NCBI GenBank assembly: GCA_964425655.1
Contig: CAYRMU010000001.1
Location: forward strand, 1-54,451
Direction of reading: 5' to 3'
DNA length: 54,451 bases
From: an uncultured Candidatus Saccharibacteria bacterium
Lineage (GTDB): Bacteria; Patescibacteriota; Minisyncoccia; Phycocordibacterales; UBA918
Part shown: positions 32,102 to 41,855 of the stretch, piece by piece
Layout: each line of letters starts with the position of its first letter
Numbering within the stretch: the stretch's first letter is position 1
Translations under genes and position numbers: made by a program
The notes under the pieces: model-generated
Seen by the model: only the letters and a program-made list of their open reading frames with translations
What the model was told of the DNA's origin: nothing
Database searches by the model: none

Positions 32102-34301
32102 TCGGTGTAGTCGTAGCAACACACGGCGTTGATGGATCTTTGCCAGTAGAAATATTATCTGCGTAGCAGGTCGCTGTTTCCTTGAACGATGGGATTTCAC
32201 TACCAGCTACCTGCAGCACCTTTACCGCTTCATCAGGTCGATCGAGCTCATAGTAAAGGAACGCTAAGCTCGCGCGGTTTTGCGCATCTTCAGGTGCTGC
32301 AACAACACGGATTTCATAGAGCTCTGCCAAGTAGGCATAGTCCTTTACGAACTCAACTGAACTGACTGCGTAATCATTGAGTGCAAACTCTTGCACATAC
32401 TGATCAGTGATAAGAGCCTTTGCCGCATCAATTTCATTCAAACGGAACAGTACTGCTGCGTAAAAGATACGAGCGGTGCTATTTCGCTCTTCAAGCGCAA
32501 ATGCTTTCGCTAAGTACTCACGCGCTTTACCTAAGTCATTTGCCTGCAATTCAACAATCGCTTGCTCAACGTGAAGCGCCGGCTTATTTGGAGAGAACGA
32601 CAACGCTAAGGCGGCTTGTTCGCGCGCCTGTGGTATGGCTCCAATTGTACGGTAGAACGAAGCTAAGAAATTGTGAATACGAGCATCACCTGGCTTTTCA
32701 TCTGCCATACGGAGTAGTTCAAGCTCAGCCCGCTGGACAATGAGTTGTCGCTCATTTTCAGGTACTTGCGGTGTCCGCACTACCTGCATTGCTTGCTGTG
32801 CGAGCTGCTCAACAATCTCTTGATCAGCAAATGAACCGCGACCAAGTGCACTATGGAACTCCTCCAAGCGACCGCGAGCGGTGTTATTGGTCATCGCATC
32901 AATGATGTCGCCGGCTGCCTGCATGCTCGGCACGTTAAGGAAGTAAACGGTAAAACCAGTAATAATAATTACAATCGGAGCAGCGAACTGACCCACCATT
33001 TTTTCAGATATAGTAAACGACTGTACTCGCTTCATTGGTGTTGCAATGCGACTGTGCACAATAGCCAAGAGCACTGCGTAGAAGATGTAACTGATGATGT
33101 TATCAAACACCACCACGTTATGAATCAAGTACGCTGCCAAGAGACCGAGCAACACGGCTTGTTCTGGTACCGAGAAAATGTTTTCACGCTTGAGAATTAC
33201 CGGCGCCACGAAGAGGTAGTACACCACCGCGGCCATAATAGAGAAGTACGCCAAGAAGCCGATCACGCCGCCAGCAATCAGCCAATCGAGGAAGATGTTA
33301 TGCACTCGATCAAACCACTGCTCCTGGTTCCAGATATCAGCCCGGTACTGCTCGTTAAACACGTAGTTGAAGTTCCCCAACCCCCAACCGAGGATTGGTC
33401 GCTCCTCCACACCAGCCATCGCCATGCTCCAAATCTTTCCACGTGTCTGGAGGTCTTGCTCGATATTAATATTAGCAATACGAGCTACCGGACTTTCTGC
33501 TGGAATAATTGAACTCTCGCGTACCCCAATAAAGGCCACAATCAAAACGCCGAGAGCTACCACGCCAGCAATCGCGTAGCGGCGCAGGTGCGGGAAGCGC
33601 CGTGCGAAGAGCGCGATGTAGCCCACTGTCACGACCGAACCACCAACGAGACCGAGGAACGTACCACGGGTACCAGTCTGAAGTAAGGTGTAGGCCAAAA
33701 TAAAGGCCGCCACACCATAGGCCACACGCTCCCACGTAACTTTCGTACGGAGCATCAAGAGGTATGCGAAGAATATGTGGAAGAGCATATAAATAGCCAT
33801 ATATGCCGCGTTACCGAGCTTTGAGTCAACACGACCTCGAGCACCTTCAAAGATATCTGCCTGCTGCCCAAGGCCGTAGAGGGCCACCATGAGCGCGACA
33901 CCTATTGATGTATTCAAAAACCACCACCAAATTTTTTCTGTCTGCATCACACTACCAAGCACAACCGTGAAGAGGAACACGTGAATGAGCGTGATGTAGC
34001 CATCCATACGCTCGTAGTTACTCCAGAAGCTCGTGTGCGGATCTTCCGCGGTTACCGTTGCTACAGCCATCACTGCCATGAGGGCAGCAAACGTGGCAAA
34101 AATCCAAGAAAACTTTGGTCGGTACTTTACATCGCTGAGCGCGAGGAGGATCCAGGCCGCAAAGACAATTTCAACAATAATGCGGAAGGCAAAGTTCTTG
34201 CCAGTAATAAATGGGAAAAAGTAATCGTTCTCAACGTATAACGGCAAAAATGGAATAAGGAATAGTCCGCCAAACACCACCGCCAGCAATGTATCTTTCA
34301 T
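32091..34301 (-). CDS. O-antigen ligase/Wzy_C-family polytopic membrane protein fused to C-terminal TPR repeats
   Basis: About 12 TM segments are present. The Wzy_C-like core is LLQTGTRGTFLGL...IWSMAMAGVEERPILGWGLGNF...HNIFLDWLIAGGVIGF. The roughly 270-aa C-terminus has TPR-like repeats. Confidence 0.7.
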   Translation of the reverse strand: MKDTLLAVVFGGLFLIPFLPLYVENDYFFPFITGKNFAFRIIVEIVFAAWILLALSDVKYRPKFSWIFATFAALMAVMAVATVTAEDPHTSFWSNYERMDGYITLIHVFLFTVVLGSVMQTEKIWWWFLNTSIGVALMVALYGLGQQADIFEGARGRVDSKLGNAAYMAIYMLFHIFFAYLLMLRTKVTWERVAYGVAAFILAYTLLQTGTRGTFLGLVGGSVVTVGYIALFARRFPHLRRYAIAGVVALGVLIVAFIGVRESSIIPAESPVARIANINIEQDLQTRGKIWSMAMAGVEERPILGWGLGNFNYVFNEQYRADIWNQEQWFDRVHNIFLDWLIAGGVIGFLAYFSIMAAVVYYLFVAPVILKRENIFSVPEQAVLLGLLAAYLIHNVVVFDNIISYIFYAVLLAIVHSRIATPMKRVQSFTISEKMVGQFAAPIVIIITGFTVYFLNVPSMQAAGDIIDAMTNNTARGRLEEFHSALGRGSFADQEIVEQLAQQAMQVVRTPQVPENERQLIVQRAELELLRMADEKPGDARIHNFLASFYRTIGAIPQAREQAALALSFSPNKPALHVEQAIVELQANDLGKAREYLAKAFALEERNSTARIFYAAVLFRLNEIDAAKALITDQYVQEFALNDYAVSSVEFVKDYAYLAELYEIRVVAAPEDAQNRASLAFLYYELDRPDEAVKVLQVAGSEIPSFKETATCYADNISTGKDPSTPCVATTTPNAN

Positions 34302-34473
34302 ATTGCTGAGAATAGTACCACGCCCGCTCCCCTCGCCGCATCACCTAAACAGGCATAAAACGACAAAAACTTAATTCGTCAATACTATTGATGCGCCAAA
34401 GTTTCACTTTTGCCGGACGGTACACTGTATGAACATGAGATTGAAACGACACGTACCATGATAGGATGGTCTA

Positions 34474-35241
34474 ATGATAAAAGTTTTGTCGTCTATCTCA
34501 AAAGTCATTTGGACATGTAAAAATTATTACTTATCTCGTAAAACTCCGGTGGTAGTTTTCGCGCCAGGCAGAGTTGGATCTATGGCCCTGCATAAAAACT
34601 TACTCGAGGCGGGCGTATTTGCGTTCAAAGTAGAATTCTATCTCAAAGATACCCGAGGCTTGTCAAACTTCATCCAAACATTCGTCTTCAAGCGAAAACA
34701 ACCAGCTATAATAATTACGATTGTCCGCGACCCGCTGACGATGATGGCAACATACTTTTTTAGTAAGGCATCTGCCGGGCATCTCTCTGACGCGCATCGA
34801 GCATGGAAAAATAATGACGTCGAAAGTTTACAAGAAATATTTATTCGTGACGTGCTCCAAACTGACCGGCTCGATAGTCACCTCTATTGGTTTGAGCGTG
34901 ATTTCAAAAGTGCAACAGGAATAAATGTCTATGCATACCCCTTCAATAAAACATCGAAGTTTGATTACATCAGCAATACTACCTACCCTATATTGCTACT
35001 GCGCACAGAAATGGACGACACCGTAAAAGCATCAGCGGTCAGTGAATTTTTACACATTAAGGAATTTGCAATTACACGAGAAAATACGAGGTCACACAAA
35101 GAAGACGCTGAGCTGTATAAAGCCTTTAATGCGTCTCTAAAAATTCCTACCGATATACTCAAAAAGATATACACAGCGCCCGTCTCGCAGCATTTCTTAA
35201 CTGAAGAAGAGATTGCAGCTGCGATAACTAAATATTCGTAA
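34474..35241 (+). CDS. sulfotransferase-like protein
   Basis: VVVFAPGRVGSMAL resembles the 5'-PSB loop (PKxGTT), and IVRDPLTMMATYFF resembles the 3'-PB motif (RDPxxxxxSxY). Confidence 0.45.
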   Translation: MIKVLSSISKVIWTCKNYYLSRKTPVVVFAPGRVGSMALHKNLLEAGVFAFKVEFYLKDTRGLSNFIQTFVFKRKQPAIIITIVRDPLTMMATYFFSKASAGHLSDAHRAWKNNDVESLQEIFIRDVLQTDRLDSHLYWFERDFKSATGINVYAYPFNKTSKFDYISNTTYPILLLRTEMDDTVKASAVSEFLHIKEFAITRENTRSHKEDAELYKAFNASLKIPTDILKKIYTAPVSQHFLTEEEIAAAITKYS

Positions 35242-35243
35242 CC

Positions 35244-35954
35244 CTACTTATTTAAGTGTATTTTTTTTGAAACTTGATGCGCGTACTCGTCTGCATCCTC
35301 AGAAACACGCTCAATGTCCTCTTCTTCAGAAGCACCGATCTGTACTTCAAGTATTTTTAAGTCACTATCCTCGGGTGCTTGCGGAGCGTGCCAAACACCA
35401 GGTAAATTCATGCGCACCTCACCATTTGGCATGAAGAAAAACTCACTTCTCTTAGCGTGTTTTTGCAGCGAGAGCTTTTTACCTGCCTCGATGTGCAGCA
35501 TCTTCACTTTAAGGTTTGGCATATCTATAAGGACCTCATACCAGCCCCACCGTGTATCAACGCGCTTCTTGGCGTTTATTTCAGAGCTCGAACTATACTT
35601 GCCGCCGCCTAGTTCAAAGACGGGTTCAATACCAAGCTCCTCACAGACTGTGAGTTCGGGTGTATTTTTAGCCCCTCTGTCTCCCCCATTACCAAAGTAG
35701 TCAGGCTTAATTCGTCGCAATGCTTCGCATACTGTCCCGTCAGTGTCATCGACAGCATGAATGTGCGGTGTGTACGCCTCTAGTAATTTTTTACGATCCC
35801 GCCACGGTTGAAAGAAAAAACCCTTTTTACGGATAAGCCAGTCGTCGCTATTAACCACTATATGCACCTCACCGTATTCTGCCGCCGACTCAATCATGGC
35901 AACATGACCTGGGTGCAATGGATCGAAACCTCCCGAAATGACTATTTTTTTCAT
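35244..35954 (-). CDS. fusion protein: RfaE-domain-II-like cytidylyl/adenylyltransferase + type II PMI-like cupin
   Basis: The N-terminus has ISGGFDPLHPGHVAMIE...VVNSDDWLIRKKG...GGDRG...SSSEI (HxGH nucleotidyltransferase). The C-terminus has RWGWYEVL...KVKMLHIEAGKKLSLQKHAKRSEFFF (cupin motif). ATG at 35954 is used. Confidence 0.6.
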   Translation of the reverse strand: MKKIVISGGFDPLHPGHVAMIESAAEYGEVHIVVNSDDWLIRKKGFFFQPWRDRKKLLEAYTPHIHAVDDTDGTVCEALRRIKPDYFGNGGDRGAKNTPELTVCEELGIEPVFELGGGKYSSSSEINAKKRVDTRWGWYEVLIDMPNLKVKMLHIEAGKKLSLQKHAKRSEFFFMPNGEVRMNLPGVWHAPQAPEDSDLKILEVQIGASEEEDIERVSEDADEYAHQVSKKIHLNK

Positions 35955-36017
35955 AGATACAACATGTAACTGTTGCGAAATCAAAAATGTTACAATGGTA
36001 TACACCTCCACCATTAC

Positions 36018-36413
36018 ATGAAGCCTTCTGCATCATTTGCTCAACTCACCAAATTTATCCTGGCCGGTGGATCAGTTGCTGTCTTCCATCTTATTTTTAT
36101 GTATGTACTCACGAGCATCTTTATGCTCTGGTATCTCGCCTCAGCAATCATCTCCTACAGCTGTGCCATTATATTGAATTTCATTCTACAAAAAAAACTA
36201 GTGTTTGTTGACGTCGCCCAAGTGCCAGAGGCAGCGGGGCGGCAGTTTACCCTCTTTACCATTACCGCACTCAGCCACTTAACGCTCAATACAATACTGC
36301 TCTATGTTTTCGTCAATACGTTTGCAGTAAACTACCTGCTCGCTCAGGCTGGTATTTTGGTCTTTTTATCACTGGGAACATACTGTATCAACCGGTATTT
36401 TATCTTTACTTAA
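36018..36413 (+). CDS. GtrA-family membrane protein
   Basis: The 131-aa protein has four TMs. LTKFILAGGSVAVFHLIFMYVL...YSCAIILNFILQKKLVF is typical of the GtrA family. Confidence 0.8.
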   Translation: MKPSASFAQLTKFILAGGSVAVFHLIFMYVLTSIFMLWYLASAIISYSCAIILNFILQKKLVFVDVAQVPEAAGRQFTLFTITALSHLTLNTILLYVFVNTFAVNYLLAQAGILVFLSLGTYCINRYFIFT

Positions 36414-36440
36414 AGAACGTATATACTCTGCATACTGTCT

Positions 36441-37391
36441 ATGGATAACAAAACGCCAACACTTGCCATCGTTGTCCCCTGCTATAACGAGGAGGAGGTA
36501 CTTCGTGATTCGTGCAACATTTTGTCTGAAGCACGTAAAAACCTCATAGCAAAAAATGTAATCAGCACCGATAGCACAATTGTACTTGTTGATGATGGAA
36601 GTAGCGATCAAACTTGGAACCAAATCAAGGAAGCCAAAACCAGGTACCCAGAAATACGTGGAATTCGTTTGAGTAAAAACTCCGGCCACCAAACAGCACT
36701 CATCGCCGGACTCGAAGCGGCGTACCAATACGCAGATGTGATGATAACCATCGATGCTGATCTCCAAGATGATGTAGCCGCCATGGAGCACATGCTGCAT
36801 GCATTCACGAAGGGTTCAGATATTGTCTATGGTGTACGGAGTAAGCGTGACGTAGATACTTTTTTTAAGAAAACATCAGCACATTTTTTTTATTCACTCA
36901 TGCGTGTCTTGGGTGTTTCCATTATTTACAACCATGCAGACTATCGCCTAACCAGTAAGCGTGTTGTCGGCAACTTAAAACTATACACTGAGAAAAATCT
37001 TTTTCTTCGGGGTATTTTCCCCCACATGGGTTTTCCAAGTAGTACGGTTTACTATGAACGAAAAAAAAGAACTGCCGGTACATCAAAATATCCTTTTCTC
37101 AAAATGCTCAGTTTTGCGTTAGACGGCATTACCTCCTTTTCAATCCAACCACTTCGTCTAGTGATGCTGCTCGGCTTAGGTATACTACTTCTCAGTCTTG
37201 GAGTAAGCGCATACGCAATTTATGCTCGCTACTATTTATCTGTAGTAACCGGATGGTCATCACTGATTGTGTCAATTTACTTCTTAGGGGGGCTGCAGTT
37301 ATTCAGTATTGGACTTATTGGAGAATATCTTGGTAAAGTCTACCGCGAAGTAAAGGACCGACCTCGATATCACATCGAGGATCACATATAG
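36441..37391 (+). CDS. family 2 glycosyltransferase, GtrB/ArnC-like polyprenyl-phosphate glycosyltransferase
   Basis: LAIVVPCYNEEEVL, VLVDDGSSDQT, ITIDADLQDD, and two C-terminal TMs. Confidence 0.85.
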   Translation: MDNKTPTLAIVVPCYNEEEVLRDSCNILSEARKNLIAKNVISTDSTIVLVDDGSSDQTWNQIKEAKTRYPEIRGIRLSKNSGHQTALIAGLEAAYQYADVMITIDADLQDDVAAMEHMLHAFTKGSDIVYGVRSKRDVDTFFKKTSAHFFYSLMRVLGVSIIYNHADYRLTSKRVVGNLKLYTEKNLFLRGIFPHMGFPSSTVYYERKKRTAGTSKYPFLKMLSFALDGITSFSIQPLRLVMLLGLGILLLSLGVSAYAIYARYYLSVVTGWSSLIVSIYFLGGLQLFSIGLIGEYLGKVYREVKDRPRYHIEDHI

Positions 37392-37393
37392 CT

Positions 37394-38116
37394 ATGACCA
37401 AATTTTCAGAAACACAGCTATCTGCGGTATATCCCGTTGCAATAGAAAAGCACTATTGGAATGTTGCTCGTAATAAAATTATCCTTGGTGAGATTTCGCA
37501 TCTCGGGTTGACTGATGTGACAATGCTCGAGATTGGCTGCGGAACAGGTGTCGTTTTGCGAGCAGTACGTAGCGTTTCCCCTTCGTGCTACGGCGTAGAT
37601 TTAGCAGCACATGAGAGCACGCCAGATATCGCACCGTATACGTTTTATGAAACTGACTTTACCGCCCTTCCACGTGAACTTCGAGAGAAAGTCACCCTCA
37701 TACTCCTCTGCGATGTTATCGAACACATTGCAGACGATGTAGCGTTTCTTAATTCTATTAAGCAGCACTTCCCTAACGTAACGCACCTCCTTATAACTGT
37801 TCCTGCCCGGCCAGAACTATGGTCAAATTATGATACTTACTATGGTCACTTCAGACGCTACACGAGAGCCAGTATTGCAACACTAGCTGCCGCAAGCTCA
37901 CTTGAAGTTGCTACCAATCGATATTTCTTTCATGGTCTCTATCTCCCGGCCCGCCTCTTAGGCAAACTAAAGATGTCACGGCAAACCACCATTACCCCAC
38001 CACGAGGCATCGGTATTGCTATACACTACCTTCTCGGTATTCTTTTTTACCTTGAATTCAGGTTACTTCCAAAGCGCATTGCAGGAACATCAATTCTTTT
38101 CGTAGCTAAAGTATGA
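37394..38116 (+). CDS. class I SAM-dependent methyltransferase
   Basis: Motif I MLEIGCGTGVVL, and motif II LILLCDVIEHI. Confidence 0.75.
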   Translation: MTKFSETQLSAVYPVAIEKHYWNVARNKIILGEISHLGLTDVTMLEIGCGTGVVLRAVRSVSPSCYGVDLAAHESTPDIAPYTFYETDFTALPRELREKVTLILLCDVIEHIADDVAFLNSIKQHFPNVTHLLITVPARPELWSNYDTYYGHFRRYTRASIATLAAASSLEVATNRYFFHGLYLPARLLGKLKMSRQTTITPPRGIGIAIHYLLGILFYLEFRLLPKRIAGTSILFVAKV

Positions 38117-39894
38117 TGCACAAGTTTGTACACCAACAAATTGTCCCACTCATTAAAGCGCACGGCTTCGTTCTTGTCATGGCACTCACCTTTGGTGCAG
38201 TTGCAGTATCTCCCCATGTGCGGGCTGTACTTACCTTGCAGCCAGACACATTTGCCGGTGTGTATGCACCAATGAGTGACGACGAGGTGTACTACCAAGC
38301 ACGCATTAAAGAAGTTGTTGATGGACATATTAGTATTAGTAACCCCTACGTATACGAGTACCAAGACGCACCATTTATTATGCCTCCCTTGGCAGAGTGG
38401 TTTATGGCTGGAGTAGCGATTATAACTGGCGCATCTGTACCGCTTGTAACCTCGCTCGGTGATTTTGTCTTCACAGCCATTAACTTTGTACTTGTGTATG
38501 CACTCCTCCTAGTTCTAACTAGAGGCAACAAGATTATCTCACTCGTCTATACAGCAATTTTTTTCTGCCTTTTCCTCAGCACCTTTGGCCGACCAGTTAG
38601 TCCACATTTTAACAGCATATTTCTTTTCATCGGGCTCCTCAGTCTGACCCAGCTCTTTACCGGTACCACCACGGTAACTCGAAAGCAACATGCACTCGCC
38701 GGAATCATTACTGGCGTAACCTGCTTTTTATCACCCTACTTTTTTACATCACTCTTCGTTCTCTATTTTCTTGCCACCCTCCTTACCCATGTTCCCGCAA
38801 AGCTAAAGCAAGCTGGTGTAAACACCAGCTGGTTTTTACTTGGGTTTATTCCCTTTGGTGCCCTCTACGCCCTCGTACAGCTACGTGCAGCAGCGGATCC
38901 GTTTTATGAAGAAGCGGTGCTTCGGTATGGACTGTTACATTCACACATACCGGGTGCCTACACCAATATCATCATTGGCTGCCTCATAACGACAACTATC
39001 GTTCTAAGCAAAGCGTTCCTACCTAAGTACACCTGGCTATTAACCCTTAGTTTTGCACTCAGTATTTTTGTCTTAAATTGGCAAAATATTATTACCGGTA
39101 CGTCACTCCAATTTTCAAGCCACTATCTTTTCACCACAATTCTTTTTACCATTGTCGCTCTCAGTATCATTCACGCACATCATGTAAAGAACCATTTGTA
39201 TGCTCGCCATCGAATTATACTTGGCGTGAGCATGCTGCTCACACTGAGCTTTGTAAGCTACAACCAACTCGATGTATTTTCTGCTGTCGCAAAAACACCC
39301 TATACTGCAAGCGAACTGACGAGTATGCAAAATAAAAAAGCAGTATTTGATTGGCTCAACAATCACACGGCCAAAGACTCGGTTGTGCTTACACTTGGCT
39401 CCGATTACGACTTCCTCCTCCCTGTCTACACCCACAACAAAGTACACTACAATTTTTATGCCACACTTTTTACCGTACCTAACGATGAAACTGAAAACCG
39501 CTGGGTGATTGAAAAGCAATTCACACCTAATTTAGCCACAACAACTGTCCTCGCTGAGCAGAGAGACTTTTGGGGAAATCGCTTCATTGATTCCTACCAA
39601 TCAAAAGAAGTACGAAAAAAAAATATGGCTCGCCTGACAGGAGAGTCATATACGGCAGGAATCCAAATCCCCGTCTCAGAAATCGATCGCGTAGCTGCAA
39701 AATGGGAAGCCTACCGAGCTGTACCACTCGATACCAGTATCAATACCTACCGCACTGACTACGTTCTCCTCAGCCCTGATTTTCCTGACTATACCTATGC
39801 ACTTGAACGAATTGAGCATGAGCTACAACTGCCACTTTTGGAAACCATAGGTACGGTGCGGATTTACCAAAACACAACTCGATTGCGTGAGTAG
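38113..39894 (+). CDS. polytopic membrane protein, candidate GT-C-type glycosyltransferase (GtrC/ArnT-like role)
   Basis: At least 10 TMs are followed by a ~190-aa soluble C-terminal domain. The ATG overlaps the upstream stop as ATGA. Its position after GtrA/GtrB supports the role, but I recognise no diagnostic motif. Confidence 0.4.
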   Translation: MMHKFVHQQIVPLIKAHGFVLVMALTFGAVAVSPHVRAVLTLQPDTFAGVYAPMSDDEVYYQARIKEVVDGHISISNPYVYEYQDAPFIMPPLAEWFMAGVAIITGASVPLVTSLGDFVFTAINFVLVYALLLVLTRGNKIISLVYTAIFFCLFLSTFGRPVSPHFNSIFLFIGLLSLTQLFTGTTTVTRKQHALAGIITGVTCFLSPYFFTSLFVLYFLATLLTHVPAKLKQAGVNTSWFLLGFIPFGALYALVQLRAAADPFYEEAVLRYGLLHSHIPGAYTNIIIGCLITTTIVLSKAFLPKYTWLLTLSFALSIFVLNWQNIITGTSLQFSSHYLFTTILFTIVALSIIHAHHVKNHLYARHRIILGVSMLLTLSFVSYNQLDVFSAVAKTPYTASELTSMQNKKAVFDWLNNHTAKDSVVLTLGSDYDFLLPVYTHNKVHYNFYATLFTVPNDETENRWVIEKQFTPNLATTTVLAEQRDFWGNRFIDSYQSKEVRKKNMARLTGESYTAGIQIPVSEIDRVAAKWEAYRAVPLDTSINTYRTDYVLLSPDFPDYTYALERIEHELQLPLLETIGTVRIYQNTTRLRE

Positions 39895-39917
39895 GCATAA
39901 TCAATTAAAATACTCCC

Positions 39918-40481
39918 ATGCAAAAACTAAATCTGGGTGCTGGTAAAGACCGCAAAGAAGGCTACGTTAATATTGACTGGAATGAACTCGACAACCCAGA
40001 CATCCTTCATGACCTCAATGTATTCCCCTACCCCTTTGAAGCTGGTACATTTGACCTCATTGAAGCCAACCACATCATGGAGCACCTTGATCGCCCGTTT
40101 GCTGTAATGAAGGAGTTGCACCGTATTTTAAAACCAGAAGGAAAGCTCATTATCAATGTGCCTCACTTCAGCCGTGGTTTTAGTCACTCAGAGCACGCCC
40201 ACGGTTTTGACACCACCTTCCCCCTCTACTTTGATAAAAATTTCCCTGGTACCGGCTACTTCGGCGTAGATTTTAAACTTGAATCACTCCGCTTTCAGTA
40301 CTTTGCTTTTCTCCATCTCCTACCTTACCTAGGATTTAGTCGGCCAACTATTGCGCTTCTTAAAGTTGTAAATGCGATAGTATCTTTCTTGGCCAACCTA
40401 TCTCCATACTTCACGAGCCGTATTTGGTGCTACTGGGTTGGAGGATTTGAGCAGATTACCTTCAATTTTATTAAGAAGTAG
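39918..40481 (+). CDS. class I SAM-dependent methyltransferase (Methyltransf_11-like)
   Basis: LNLGAGKDRKEGYVNID, HIMEHL, and LKPEGKLII. Confidence 0.7.
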   Translation: MQKLNLGAGKDRKEGYVNIDWNELDNPDILHDLNVFPYPFEAGTFDLIEANHIMEHLDRPFAVMKELHRILKPEGKLIINVPHFSRGFSHSEHAHGFDTTFPLYFDKNFPGTGYFGVDFKLESLRFQYFAFLHLLPYLGFSRPTIALLKVVNAIVSFLANLSPYFTSRIWCYWVGGFEQITFNFIKK

Positions 40482-40597
40482 CATACTTCTGCTACAGATT
40501 AACTCAGAGCGTGTACACTCCAGTACATGCTTTTTGTTAATCTGCCGTGTAACATATGCTAGAGTTTTATTGTTACATCAGGAACCAGACGCAGCAT

Positions 40598-41836
40598 ATG
40601 ATTGAAAAATTTACCTCTACGCTTAGCCGTATCCTCAAAATTGATGTCCGTTACGCAGCCACCAACGGCACCTGGTTACTCTCGGCCCATGCGGTGAGCA
40701 TTCTAAGTATCCTCGTCACCTCGTACATTTTTGCAAACTATGTGCCTGCGGTTGTGTACGGCCAATATAAATACCTTTTGACTGTGGGTATACTGCTCAC
40801 CGCCTTTTCGTTTACTGGTGCCGGGACAGCAATTACCCAAGCAGCTGCCAAAGAAATTGCTGGTTTTTTCGGCCGAATGCGACAGATTAATTTTCGCTAC
40901 TCACTTATTATTACCGGATTGGCTGTATCGGCTGCACTCTACTATTTTGTACAAGGCAATATCGAATTGGCTACTGGTCTCGCATTGATAGCTATATTTC
41001 AGCCTCTATTTAATAACTCGATGCTGATTTTTCCCTACCTGCAAGGGACGCAGCAATTCCGTATTAATACTTTTACACAAATTATTAAGACAGTTTTTGT
41101 TGCAATCGTAATGATAGGTAGCGTCTTTTTGACTGACGCTGTACTCATTCTTCTCGCATGCTACTTCATTGCAAACATCATCGCAAACTATACTGCTCAT
41201 TACTTATTTGCTCCACAAGATACAGCAGAAAAAAGTGACTCACTTGCAACTGCCTCGATCCTTCGTTATGGAAAACACAGTAGTATTCAAAACATCGTTT
41301 CTGGCATCTCCAATCAGCTTGATAAAATCCTCATCTTCCAGAACCTCGGTGCAGTTGACCTCGCAACCTACGCTTTTGCCACTGCCCTGCCTGATCAGTT
41401 CAAAAGTCTTACAGTTGCAATTGAAACCATGCTTCTACCTCGTTTCAGTGCTCAGTCAAACACATCAGTCAAAAGCGGCATGTTCCGCAAGACGGTTATC
41501 TATTTTATGCTCCTAGTTGCATGTGTTGGTAGTTATATACTTGTGGCACCATATATATTTCAATTTCTCTATCCAAACTATGAGAGCGCAACCCTTCTTT
41601 CTCAGATCTATGCCTTGGGCATCTTAACGGGTATTGGTGGTATTCCACTCACAGCACTTCGATCACAGCTATCAAGTCGAAAATTGTACCAATTTAATGC
41701 CTTTACCTCTGGCATACAAATAGTTAGTCTGTTCGTTCTATTACCAAAACTTGGTCTTCTTGGAGCGGTACTTGCACGAATAACATACCGCATCTCGGTT
41801 TGTGTATCTGCGTATTATCTATACTACAAAAAATAA
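40598..41836 (+). CDS. Wzx-like polysaccharide flippase (MOP superfamily)
   Basis: About 12 TMs in a polysaccharide-biosynthesis-protein architecture. An alternative ATG lies at 40556. Confidence 0.65.
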   Translation: MIEKFTSTLSRILKIDVRYAATNGTWLLSAHAVSILSILVTSYIFANYVPAVVYGQYKYLLTVGILLTAFSFTGAGTAITQAAAKEIAGFFGRMRQINFRYSLIITGLAVSAALYYFVQGNIELATGLALIAIFQPLFNNSMLIFPYLQGTQQFRINTFTQIIKTVFVAIVMIGSVFLTDAVLILLACYFIANIIANYTAHYLFAPQDTAEKSDSLATASILRYGKHSSIQNIVSGISNQLDKILIFQNLGAVDLATYAFATALPDQFKSLTVAIETMLLPRFSAQSNTSVKSGMFRKTVIYFMLLVACVGSYILVAPYIFQFLYPNYESATLLSQIYALGILTGIGGIPLTALRSQLSSRKLYQFNAFTSGIQIVSLFVLLPKLGLLGAVLARITYRISVCVSAYYLYYKK

Positions 41837-41855
41837 TAGCCGGCATTAAGCAATA

